DNA from: Rhizomicrobium sp.
Lineage (GTDB): Bacteria; Pseudomonadota; Alphaproteobacteria; Micropepsales; Micropepsaceae
Length of the DNA stretch: 64,000 bases
Assembly: GCA_031291635.1 (NCBI GenBank)
Contig: JARLIR010000126.1
Location: 3,634-67,633 of the forward strand
Direction of reading: 5' to 3'
Position numbers and translations under genes: made by a program
In this document: piece by piece, positions 9,146 to 18,305 of the stretch
Layout: each line of letters opens with the position of its first letter
Position numbering within the stretch: position 1 is the first letter of the stretch
The notes under the pieces: model-generated
What the model saw: the letters and a program-made list of their open reading frames with translations, nothing else
Database searches by the model: none
What the model was told of the DNA's origin: nothing

Positions 9146-10101
9146 TTGGCCAGCCCATCGCTAGCCGCCACACCAACCCTAGCGACGGGCTGGCGATGGC
9201 GATCGATGTCAAAGGCCTGACCAAGCGCTTCGGCAAGAAGGTGGCGGTCAACGCGGTCGATATCGCGGTGCCGGAAGGCCAGGTCTGGGGCTTTCTCGGC
9301 CCCAACGGCTCAGGCAAGACCACCACCATCCGCATGCTCTGCGGTTTGCTTCATGCTGATGCCGGTGAAGGCACCTGCCTGGGCTACAATTTGCGTAGCG
9401 AGGCCGACGCGATCAAACGCGAAACCGGCTACATGACGCAGAAGTTCAGCTTCTGGGAAGATCTGACCATCCGCGAAAACCTCGAATTCGTGGGCCGGGT
9501 CTATGGCCTGTCCGAGGTTCGCCGCTTGGTCGACGAGGCGCTGGAAAAATTGGGGCTGGCGGCGCGCCAAAACCAGCTGGCGGGCGAACTCTCCGGCGGC
9601 TGGAAGCAACGCATGGCGCTGGCCGCTTGCACCTTGCACGGCCCCAAGCTCCTGCTTTTGGATGAGCCCACCGCGGGCGTGGATCCCAAAGCGCGGCGTG
9701 ATTTCTGGGATGAGATTCACAAGCTGGCGGACGGCGGCATCACCGTGCTGGTCTCGACCCATTACATGGACGAAGCCGAGCGTTGCGATAAAATCGTTTT
9801 CATCAGCTCTGGCATAATCGTGGCCCGCGGCACGGTGGCCGAGATCGTGACCGCTTCGGGCCTGATCACCTATACCGTGGCGGGCGACGGCGCGCGCCAT
9901 CTGGCGGATCGCCTGCGGGGCCTGCCCGGCATCGAATTCGTCAGCTTCTTCGGCGCTTTGCTGCATGTCTCAGGCTATGACCGGGCGTTGCTGGAAAGCG
10001 CCCTGGCGCCTTATCGCAGCGATGCGAAGCTCACCATCACCGAGACGCTGTCGAGCCTGGAAGATGTCTTCATTCAATTGCAGCAGCAGGCGGGCGCATG
10101 A
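9142..10101 (+). CDS. ABC transporter ATP-binding protein (YbhF-like)
   Basis: Walker A GPNGSGKTT, signature LSGGWKQR, Walker B LLLLDEP. Confidence 0.92.
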   Translation: MIGQPIASRHTNPSDGLAMAIDVKGLTKRFGKKVAVNAVDIAVPEGQVWGFLGPNGSGKTTTIRMLCGLLHADAGEGTCLGYNLRSEADAIKRETGYMTQKFSFWEDLTIRENLEFVGRVYGLSEVRRLVDEALEKLGLAARQNQLAGELSGGWKQRMALAACTLHGPKLLLLDEPTAGVDPKARRDFWDEIHKLADGGITVLVSTHYMDEAERCDKIVFISSGIIVARGTVAEIVTASGLITYTVAGDGARHLADRLRGLPGIEFVSFFGALLHVSGYDRALLESALAPYRSDAKLTITETLSSLEDVFIQLQQQAGA

Positions 10102-11231
10102 AAAGTTTCGCCATCCATCGCATCTACGCCATGCTGGGCAAAGAATTCATCCAGATGCGGCGCGACCGCACCACGCTGGCGATGTTGATCGGCATCCCGC
10201 TGATGCAGCTGTTTCTGTTCGGCTACGCCATCAACATGGTGCCGCGGCATTTGCCGACGGCGTTGATCGTCACTGATTCGGGACCGTTTTCCGATTCGAT
10301 CATCTCGGCCCTTAACAACTCCAGCTATTTCGACATCGGCCACACCACCTATTCACGGCCCGAAGCGCGCCGTTTGCTCGGGCAAAACCGCGTCGCCTTT
10401 GTGATCGAAATCCCGGCCAATTTTTCCCATGATGTGGTGCGCGGCGCCGGACCCAGCATTTTGGTCGAAGCCGATGCCACCGATCCGGCCGCCAGCTCTT
10501 ATGCCGTCTCGGCCCTCAACGGCCTAGCCACCAGCGCCTTGCGCGATGATCTGACCGGCGCCTTGGCCTCGCGCGCCCCCAAAGCGCCCGCTTTCAATGT
10601 GGTGGTGCACAGCCTCTACAATCCGGAAGCCAATACCCAATACAATGTGGTGCCGGGCCTGCTCGGCATCATCTTGACCATGACCATGGTGATGGCGACT
10701 TCGATTTCGCTGACCCGTGAGCGCGAACGCGGCACCTTTGAAAATCTGCTGGCGATGCCGACGCGGCCCTTCGAGATCATGGTGGGCAAGATCACCCCCA
10801 ATATTTTCGTCGGCGCTTTTCAAGCGGCGCTGATTCTGGGGGTCGCCAAATACGTCTTCCACGTGCCGATGCTGGGCTCGTTTGGCCTGCTCGCCTTCGC
10901 GGCGACGATTTTCATCACCGCGCTGCTCGGCGTCGGCTACACCATCTCCACCGTCGCCACCAATCAGATGCAGGCGATGCAGATGACGTTCTTCTTCCTT
11001 ATGCCGTCGATACTGCTCTCCGGTTTTGCCTTTCCCTTCCGCGGCATGCCGGTCTGGGCACAATGGCTTGGCGAAGTTTTGCCGATCACCCATTTCCTCC
11101 GCATCGTCCGCGGCATCTTGCTCAAAGGGAATGGCTGGATCGAGATTTGGCCCGATCTTTGGCCCATGGTTCTGTTTTTGTTCGTCGCCGGAACCATCGC
11201 CGTGACCCGCTTCCGCCAAACTCTCGACTAA
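10098..11231 (+). CDS. ABC-2 type permease (YbhS/YbhR-like)
   Basis: 'KEFIQMRRD', 'RERERGTFE.LL..P', multiple TM helices. Confidence 0.9.
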   Translation: MKSFAIHRIYAMLGKEFIQMRRDRTTLAMLIGIPLMQLFLFGYAINMVPRHLPTALIVTDSGPFSDSIISALNNSSYFDIGHTTYSRPEARRLLGQNRVAFVIEIPANFSHDVVRGAGPSILVEADATDPAASSYAVSALNGLATSALRDDLTGALASRAPKAPAFNVVVHSLYNPEANTQYNVVPGLLGIILTMTMVMATSISLTRERERGTFENLLAMPTRPFEIMVGKITPNIFVGAFQAALILGVAKYVFHVPMLGSFGLLAFAATIFITALLGVGYTISTVATNQMQAMQMTFFFLMPSILLSGFAFPFRGMPVWAQWLGEVLPITHFLRIVRGILLKGNGWIEIWPDLWPMVLFLFVAGTIAVTRFRQTLD

Positions 11232-11423
11232 AACCCGGGTTATGCCCCCTGACCCTGCGATGCGATTGCAATTCGATTTTCCTGCGCAAACGGGGTACAG
11301 CTGCGCCCGGCCCCTTGCCAATTGGGGTGCCGCGTAAGAAATTCGCTATGCCTGCTCACGAGGCGTTAAGGATGGCACCACCGCAAAAGGGGGCGATCCG
11401 GTAATGGGGGACCAAGCGTCCGC

Positions 11424-12881
11424 ATGTCAGATCTGTCGCTGATTCTGCAGTGCGGGCTAGCCGTCGTGCTGGTGCTGCTGACGATTTTGTCGGCCCAGCT
11501 GGTGCTGCTCGCCAGTTTGCGCCTGACCCGCCCCGTGCAAACGGCGCGCCGCCCGCTGCTTCCTGACGATATTCTGCCACCGGTGCTGGTACAGCTGCCG
11601 GTGCGCAACGAAGGCGCTTTGGCCATCCGGGTTGCTGTAGCAGCCGCCCATCTTGATTGGCCGCGCCTCGCCATCCAAGTACTGGATGATGGCGACGAGG
11701 CCGGTCACGAGGCCCTGAAGCAAGCCATTCTGGCGGCGGTTCCCGCTGGCACCAACATCGCGGTGCTGCGCCGTGGCGACCGCACCGGTTTCAAGGCGGG
11801 CAATCTGGCCTTTGGCCTGGCCCAATCGGACGAGCCTTTCATCGCCATGTTCGATGCCGATTTCGCCCCGGAGCCCGATTTTTTGCGCCGCACCGTGCCG
11901 GCGCTGATCGCGGATCCGGGTCTGGCCTTTGTGCAATCGCGCTGGGGCCATGCCAATCGCGAAACCAATTGGCTGACCCGGGCCCAGGGCCTTTTGCTGG
12001 ACGCCCATTTCGCCATCGAGCAGGAAGCGCGTTACCGCGCCGCGCTGCCGCTGTCTTTCAACGGCTCGGGCGGCGTGTGGCGGCGTGAGGCCATTACCCA
12101 TGCCGGTGGCTGGCATGGCGACACCCTGACCGAAGATCTTGATCTTTCCATTCGCGCCGCCCTCAAAGGCTGGCGCAGCTGTTTCCTCAGCGATGTCGTG
12201 GCCTATGGCGAATTGCCGGAGACGGCGGCGGCTTGGCGGGCTCAGCAGGGGCGTTGGACCAAAGGTCATGCCCAATGTGCCCGCAAACTGATTGGCACCG
12301 TCTGGCAGAGCGCCATGCCGCTCACGGTAAAAGCCGCCATGACCCTGCAAATGTGCCAGTTCGCCTTTTATACGCTGGCTTTTTTCAGCGCCACGATCAG
12401 CTTGGGGCTGATGTATATCGGCGCCGTCTATCTGGAGAGCGTCGGCCGTCTGGGCCTCTTCGTCACCGCCTTTGGCCTGGGTTCCAGCTTTGCCTATGTC
12501 TGGCTTGGCCAGAAGCTTTTGGGCCGCGACCGCATGATCGGCTTGCACCGCGCCTTGCTCTTGTCGGTGGTGTTCCCCAGCGGGCTGATCCTGGCCAACA
12601 CTCACGCCACCTGGAATGCCTTCTTCTCCCGCAACATGAACTTCCAGCGCACCTTGCGCGCCGGTGAGCGCTATGCCGGTGGCTGGCGCGGCGGCCCGGA
12701 ATTGGCGGCGGGCGTTTTCCTGCCGGTCTTTGCTTTCACCGAGCAAGCCTGGAGCGCGCCCTTCTTTGCTTTCGCCGTGGCTGGGTTGATTTCCATCGGC
12801 ATGATGGGATTTTCGGGACGGCTTCCCGGCACCAGTTTGCCCGGCACCAACGCCCAGCGGCGCATCAGTCCCAACGATTGA
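11424..12881 (+). CDS. GT2 processive glycosyltransferase (cellulose-synthase-like, CslA-type)
   Basis: 'VQLPVRNE', 'VLDD', 'GFKAGNL', 'FDADF', 'TEDLDLS', 'QQGRW' (QxxRW); C-terminal TM helices. Confidence 0.85.
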   Translation: MSDLSLILQCGLAVVLVLLTILSAQLVLLASLRLTRPVQTARRPLLPDDILPPVLVQLPVRNEGALAIRVAVAAAHLDWPRLAIQVLDDGDEAGHEALKQAILAAVPAGTNIAVLRRGDRTGFKAGNLAFGLAQSDEPFIAMFDADFAPEPDFLRRTVPALIADPGLAFVQSRWGHANRETNWLTRAQGLLLDAHFAIEQEARYRAALPLSFNGSGGVWRREAITHAGGWHGDTLTEDLDLSIRAALKGWRSCFLSDVVAYGELPETAAAWRAQQGRWTKGHAQCARKLIGTVWQSAMPLTVKAAMTLQMCQFAFYTLAFFSATISLGLMYIGAVYLESVGRLGLFVTAFGLGSSFAYVWLGQKLLGRDRMIGLHRALLLSVVFPSGLILANTHATWNAFFSRNMNFQRTLRAGERYAGGWRGGPELAAGVFLPVFAFTEQAWSAPFFAFAVAGLISIGMMGFSGRLPGTSLPGTNAQRRISPND

Positions 12882-13107
12882 GTCCGCGCCAACGTTGCTG
12901 CGTCGATCCGTCTACGGATAAACCCTGAGCCATTTGGTGCTTTTTGCTGGGTTTTGACGGTTAAAAGGGCCGCGATAGGGCGTATTCCCCGGCCACATAC
13001 CGGCGCCATTTCAATCAAATTATAGCCATTAGCCTAACCTCGCTTTGAACCGGCTTTGTTAGCCTTGCCGGTAACAGTCGCTGCAATTCAAAAGCGAGAC
13101 GTGGGCA

Positions 13108-13734
13108 ATGGTGGGGTCTTTGAGTAAACGCGCGCGGCTGGCCGTGATCGCGATGGTTTGTGCGGGCCTGGCCGGTTGCGCCAGCGCGCCTTACGACGAC
13201 GACGATAGTTATGTCAGCAACAGCCCGCGCGGTCATAGCGCCCGGCCCTCCGCCAGCGGCGTGCTGCAATGCGTGCCTTATGCCCGCGATCATTCCGAGG
13301 TGAAGCTGTGGGGCGATGCCTATACCTGGTGGGACAAGGCGCAAGGCCGCTATGGCCGCACGCACCAACCGCAGGAAGGCGCGGTTCTCGTGCTCTACAA
13401 TTACGCTGGACCGGCCCGCGGCCATGTCGCGGTGGTGCGCGATATTGTGGGGCCGCGCGACATCCGCATCGATCACGCCAATTGGCTGGATGACGGCGCC
13501 ATCTATACCGACGATCCGGTCAAGGACGTCAGCCCCAACAACGATTGGACCCAGGTGCGGGTGTTCAACAAACGGGCGGGCGCCTGGGGCGGACGCGTTT
13601 ATCCCGTGCAAGGCTTCATCACCGCCTCCCCAGGCGATGATTTTGATAATGTGCCGGTGGCTGCGGCGCCGCGCAAGAATGACGCCATTGCCGCCTTGCT
13701 GGCCGATGACGAGCTGGGCCCCGGAACCAATTGA
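13108..13734 (+). CDS. CHAP-domain lipoprotein (peptidoglycan hydrolase)
   Basis: Lipobox 'LAGC'; 'LQCVPYAR' catalytic Cys and 'GHVAVV' His. Confidence 0.85.
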   Translation: MVGSLSKRARLAVIAMVCAGLAGCASAPYDDDDSYVSNSPRGHSARPSASGVLQCVPYARDHSEVKLWGDAYTWWDKAQGRYGRTHQPQEGAVLVLYNYAGPARGHVAVVRDIVGPRDIRIDHANWLDDGAIYTDDPVKDVSPNNDWTQVRVFNKRAGAWGGRVYPVQGFITASPGDDFDNVPVAAAPRKNDAIAALLADDELGPGTN

Positions 13735-13883
13735 GCGGGGCGGCGTTAGGCAAGGGGTAAATTGTGCGCCTTGCCCCTTTGATGCAGGCCTGAGGCGGAT
13801 TATGGTCCGCGCCTTGTTTGATGCGCCACCCTTCCACCCCCGGAACGGGGCGCCTGCCGGAGTTTGGTGCAGACAACCGCCCC

Positions 13884-15821
13884 GTGAACACAATCCGCAC
13901 CGATACTTCGCCGAACGATCCGCTGGAACAAATCCCAGAAGCGGCGCTGCATTGTGCCCAGCCGCATGGCCGCACCTCCACTTTGACCATTGCCGCGCTC
14001 GGTGTGGTGTTTGGCGATATCGGCACCAGCCCGCTTTATGCGGTGCGCGAATCGGCGCTGGCCGCGGGGCAGCATGTGGCCTTGTCGGAGGCCATCATGG
14101 GGGTGGTGTCGCTGATCGTGTGGTCGCTGTTCATTGTGGTGACGCTGAAATATGTCGTCTTCATCATGCGCGCCGACAATGACGGCGAAGGCGGTGTCTT
14201 GGCGCTCGCCTCGCTCGCCCATCGCGCCCAAGGCCTCAGCCGCGCCACCAAGCTTGCTATCGGCACCGCCGCCATCATGGGCTTGGCCCTCTTCATCGGC
14301 GACGGCATGCTGACGCCCGCCATCTCGGTGTTGTCGGCAGTGGAAGGTTTAGAGACCGAAAGCAAATTCTTCACGCCGTTGATCATTCCCTTGACCCTGG
14401 CGATCCTGATCGGCCTCTTCGCGGTGCAATCACGCGGCACTGCCATCATCGGACGGGTCTTCGGTCCGATCATGGTGGTGTGGTTCATCGTCATCGGCGG
14501 GCTGGGCATCGAAGCCATTATCCGCGCACCGCAAATCCTCCTCGCCATCAGCCCGCATTACGGTTTGATGCTGTTCATCGAGGAACCCTGGACGGCTTTC
14601 GTGGCGCTCGGCTCAGTGGTCTTGGCGGTGACGGGCTGCGAGGCGCTCTATGCCGATATGGGCCATTTCGGGCGCTTTCCCATCCGCTTTGCTTGGCTCG
14701 CCATCGTGCTGCCGATGGTGCTGCTGAATTATTTCGGCCAAGGCGCGGCGCTTTTGCTGGCACCTGAGAAAGCGCATTTCGCGTTCTACGCGCTGGGACC
14801 GGCTTGGGCGCATTATCCGCTGGTGATCCTGGCCACCATGGCCACCGTGATCGCTTCGCAAGCCGTGATTTCCGGCGTCTTTTCCATCACCCGCCAAGCG
14901 GTGCAGCTCGGCATGCTGCCGCGCATGGAAATCCGCCATACCTCAGCCACCGATTACGGCCAGATCTATGTGCCGCAGATGAACGCTTATCTGGCGGTGG
15001 GCGTGGTCTTGATCGTGCTGATCTTCAAAAGCTCCAACGCGCTGGCCGCGGCTTACGGCATCGCGGTGACCGGGGTGATGGTGCTGAGCACCATCCTGGT
15101 CGCCATCGTGGCGCACAAGCTGTGGCATTGGAAATTGCGTGTCGTGGTCCCGGTGTTTGGGCTTTTGGCCTTGATCGATGTCGCCTTCCTCTCTTCCAAC
15201 GCGCTGAAGATCTTCGAAGGCGGCTGGCTGCCGCTCTTGATCGCAGGCGTGGTGTTCTTGATCATGAGCACTTGGCGCATGGGCCGCCGCGTGCAGCTGG
15301 AACGGATGCGCGATCAATCCATGCCGCTGGCTCTGTTGCTTGAGCGTGCCGAAAAAACCCCGGTGCGCGTCTCCGGCACGGCCGTTTTTCTCAGCGCCCG
15401 CTCCGACGTGGTGCCGAGCGCTTTGCTGCACAATCTGAAGCACAACAAAGTGCTGCATGAACGCATCCTGATCACCCAGGTGATGGTCGATGATGTGCCC
15501 ATGGTGGCGCCGGAAAAGCGGCTGGAAGTCGAAAAGCTGGGCAAAGGCTTTTACGTGCTGCACATCCATCACGGCTATTTCGAAACCCCGGATGTGCCCA
15601 AGGCGTTGCTCAATGCGCGCCGCTTCGGCCTTGCTGTCGACCCCGAGACCACGACCTTTTTCATCGGCCGCGACACGCTGATCCCCTCGGAGAATTCGCC
15701 GCTGCCCGGCTGGCGTATCTGGCTCTATATCAAGCTCGCCGCCAACGCGCTGTCACCGGCGCGGTTCTATCATCTGCCGCCCAACCGCGTCGTCGAAATG
15801 GGCGCCCAACTGGCGATTTGA
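13884..15821 (+). CDS. kup: Potassium uptake transporter Kup (start uncertain, 13818-13884)
   Basis: 'LGVVFGDIGTSPLY', 'ADNDGEGG', 'EALYADMGHFG', 'LLHNLKHNKVLHE'. Confidence 0.95.
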   Translation: MNTIRTDTSPNDPLEQIPEAALHCAQPHGRTSTLTIAALGVVFGDIGTSPLYAVRESALAAGQHVALSEAIMGVVSLIVWSLFIVVTLKYVVFIMRADNDGEGGVLALASLAHRAQGLSRATKLAIGTAAIMGLALFIGDGMLTPAISVLSAVEGLETESKFFTPLIIPLTLAILIGLFAVQSRGTAIIGRVFGPIMVVWFIVIGGLGIEAIIRAPQILLAISPHYGLMLFIEEPWTAFVALGSVVLAVTGCEALYADMGHFGRFPIRFAWLAIVLPMVLLNYFGQGAALLLAPEKAHFAFYALGPAWAHYPLVILATMATVIASQAVISGVFSITRQAVQLGMLPRMEIRHTSATDYGQIYVPQMNAYLAVGVVLIVLIFKSSNALAAAYGIAVTGVMVLSTILVAIVAHKLWHWKLRVVVPVFGLLALIDVAFLSSNALKIFEGGWLPLLIAGVVFLIMSTWRMGRRVQLERMRDQSMPLALLLERAEKTPVRVSGTAVFLSARSDVVPSALLHNLKHNKVLHERILITQVMVDDVPMVAPEKRLEVEKLGKGFYVLHIHHGYFETPDVPKALLNARRFGLAVDPETTTFFIGRDTLIPSENSPLPGWRIWLYIKLAANALSPARFYHLPPNRVVEMGAQLAI

Positions 15822-16019
15822 GGCTGGGTTACCGAGGGCTGATTTCCCTTCAACAGCAGACATTCCAGTTGCGGCGAAACCGGCTAAGATGCGCCAGCAG
15901 TCGCCGTTCGTTGCGAGCGAACAGGTCGCATGCCGACCGTATAACCGGGCTTGCGCGAATAATGGCGTCGGCAGTCCAATCTGGTAAGAATTGTTCTATG
16001 CGAGTGCTTGGGGGGAACA

Positions 16020-16637
16020 ATGAGACGGATGCATTTTACGCTGGTGATTTTGGCGCTATTCGCGATTTCGGCGCGCGCGGCCCAGCCGGTTCAAATTGGG
16101 GACGTGGCGGTCGAGCAGCAAGGCGACCATGTCCGCTTCACCTTTATTACGGCGGGCGGTTTTGTCGGGTTCGTTGCGGGGGCCGACTGGGGTGTCGTTG
16201 GGATGCAGAGCAGACCGCCGGTAACGGGCTCGGCGTTCCAGATACCTGATCCCGCAGATAACGGAACTCCGGATTCAACGAACCTCGTCGTCAGCCTGTT
16301 CACGCCGGGTGTGCCAAAAGCGGATGCCGCAATCGCAGCAATCGGAAAGACGCGCGGACCCGGACCAGTCACAACCGAAAACCGGGGCGAGTGGACAGTC
16401 TACCGGCAGGAAGCAATTCAAGGTGGAACTCGCTACACGATCCTCGACGCCAAAGCGCGAAAAGCAGACGTTTTTTGCGGCGTTCGCTTGGCGTGGCCGC
16501 ACTTGAAGAACCATCGAAGTGATTACGATGCCAAGATGAATGCATTATTCGACGCAACGCTCGCGTCGATCAGCGGCGGCTCGGGAACCTACGAGGTCCA
16601 CTCAGGCGAAATCGTGCGGCGTCCCGACCCGCAGTAG
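16020..16637 (+). CDS. Hypothetical secreted protein
   Basis: Signal peptide 'MRRMHFTLVILALFAISARA'; GGGGGG upstream; no recognised domain. Confidence 0.65.
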   Translation: MRRMHFTLVILALFAISARAAQPVQIGDVAVEQQGDHVRFTFITAGGFVGFVAGADWGVVGMQSRPPVTGSAFQIPDPADNGTPDSTNLVVSLFTPGVPKADAAIAAIGKTRGPGPVTTENRGEWTVYRQEAIQGGTRYTILDAKARKADVFCGVRLAWPHLKNHRSDYDAKMNALFDATLASISGGSGTYEVHSGEIVRRPDPQ

Positions 16638-16698
16638 ATGCAGCGTTGACTATCGCTGTGGCGAAAGTCGCTTTCTGGCACAACTTACTGGAGCGGAT

Positions 16699-16959
16699 AT
16701 GCTCAAAGAATTCACTGGGACGGACAACCGCGAACCACCGTGGTTCAAGTGGACGACGGGATGGCTCGGAACGGTGCGCTTTTGGCCGTGTAACGGGAAA
16801 GGCTGGGCACTTCTTGGTACCTGCGTCATGGCGATGGTCTTTAGCGCTCCGATTGCGGCGGCAGTCTTCAACGGAGACGCGGACTACATTCTGTTAACGG
16901 TGGGTGCTGTTTCAATCCCGTTCCAGGTTGTCGGCTTTATGCACGCTGAGGCAGACTGA
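16699..16959 (+). CDS. Small hypothetical membrane protein
   Basis: GGAG SD; 'PPWF...WPCNGKGW' followed by two hydrophobic helices. Confidence 0.55.
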   Translation: MLKEFTGTDNREPPWFKWTTGWLGTVRFWPCNGKGWALLGTCVMAMVFSAPIAAAVFNGDADYILLTVGAVSIPFQVVGFMHAEAD

Positions 16960-17266
16960 TACTACTTGCGCTGATGGCTGACGACACGAGCGCGTTCAAT
17001 CGCGATGGCAAGTTATGGCGCCACACTGACGATAGGCGAAGGTCCGGTCCTGGCGCAAAAAGGCCGAAGCTCGAATGGCAACAATCGACTCGTGAGCGGA
17101 CGAACCACGGGCTGGGCGGCCCCCTTCGGGCCACTTTCCCCCGCAAGAGGGGGGTTTGCTGGTCAGTCTCAACCACACCACGCGGCATTTGCGCTTCGTC
17201 CCGATATTGTAGCAGCGCAGCCCGCCCTCTCGGCATTACTGTCCGCGTGGCTTTGTTCGGGGGGAC

Positions 17267-18229
17267 GTGATGCCCAAAAATTTGAAACTCTTCTTGCTGC
17301 TGGCGGCCGTAATCTTCGCGGCCTCGCTCTATGTGGCGATGGTGGGAAGCATTGGTCTGGCGTTGCGCAATTATTATCCGGGCACGCCGCGACATGGGCT
17401 GGTTGATTGGGGCCTTATCAGCGCGGCACTGTTCGACGTATTGAGCCTGGTGGTGACCTTGCTGCTGGCGGGGCTCGCGGTGCGCCCGCGCTGTGGTGCT
17501 GCGCGCGCCATGTTCATGACTCTGACGGTTTATAGCGTGCTGGTCAGCCTGCCCTCTGCCGCCTACCTCATCATCAAATCGCATGGCGATTTTTCCGGTG
17601 TGGCGCAGATCACGGCGATCATCGGCCGCTCCGAGGTCTTCCGCTTCGTACCTTATGTGGCGACCGCCCTGCCGCTGCTGCAGCTGAGCGCCATGGCACT
17701 GCTCTTTACGGGGGCCGCGCGGCGCTGGTTCGAAACCGCCCGCCCTGACGTGGTCCATCTGAACCGCGCCATGCCGCTGGCGGTGAAGCTGGTTGCCGTC
17801 GCTTGCCTTCTCATCGCTCTGGGCTGGATCTGGAATTATTGGGGACGCGCCGCCATCTCTGCGCAGCTGGCTGTTGGCCACGGTCGTCATCCAGGCGCCG
17901 CCGCAGATCGGCTATGGGCCCTTGGCCTACTGATCGTAAAGCTGGGAATGGTCTTGGCCTTGGGGGCGCTGCTCGCGTTCTGGCGCCGGGCTTGGGTAGG
18001 CTGGGCGGGGATCGCCCTGCTGGGCAATGTTGCACTCTATGGCCTCTTCACCGACGCCTTCGTACTACCGGTTTTGATCAAGAGTGCGCACGACACGCCG
18101 GGGCTGCCGCTCTATGCGGTGCTGTCGCCCTATGTGGTGCTGGCGGCGGTGGTGCTCTGCGGCGTCGGCGTGCTTTTGCTGCTGCTGCCAGGATCACGGC
18201 AATGGTTTGAGACGGTGAAGTGTGAGTAG
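17267..18229 (+). CDS. Hypothetical integral membrane protein with two homologous halves
   Basis: Halves start 'MPKNLKL'/'MPLAVKL' and end 'LF.G.ARRWFET'/'LLPGSRQWFET'. Confidence 0.65.
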   Translation: MMPKNLKLFLLLAAVIFAASLYVAMVGSIGLALRNYYPGTPRHGLVDWGLISAALFDVLSLVVTLLLAGLAVRPRCGAARAMFMTLTVYSVLVSLPSAAYLIIKSHGDFSGVAQITAIIGRSEVFRFVPYVATALPLLQLSAMALLFTGAARRWFETARPDVVHLNRAMPLAVKLVAVACLLIALGWIWNYWGRAAISAQLAVGHGRHPGAAADRLWALGLLIVKLGMVLALGALLAFWRRAWVGWAGIALLGNVALYGLFTDAFVLPVLIKSAHDTPGLPLYAVLSPYVVLAAVVLCGVGVLLLLLPGSRQWFETVKCE

Positions 18230-18304
18230 TGAGTAGTGAGATAAAAAAAAGGCCTGACGGATTTCGCCGCCAAGCCTCACTTCCTCTTCACTACTCACTA
18301 TTCG
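18222..18304. repeat. Heptamer tandem-repeat hairpin (GTGAGTA)n...(TACTCAC)n between convergent genes
   Basis: GTGAGTAGTGAGTAGTGAG at 18222-18240 with complementary CACTACTCACTATTCGC at ~18289-18305. Confidence 0.65.
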
Positions 18305-18305
18305 C

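Larger units (their letters stand above)
15834..17102. repeat. Degenerate ~20-bp motif family (GAANGKCNNNTNCTGGCRCA) flanking and separating two ORFs
   Basis: Copies at 15890-15909 (minus strand), 16663, 17003 and 17038; weaker related units at 15834-15865 and 17073-17102. Confidence 0.5.

Noticed and set aside
13020-13080. CtrA-like TTAA-N7-TTAA half-sites upstream of the CHAP gene
   Set aside because: All candidates have several mismatches
15834-17102. Classical integron attC sites or IS terminal repeats
   Set aside because: No RYYYAAC/GTTRRRY boxes, transposase or target duplication seen; kept only as an unclassified site family
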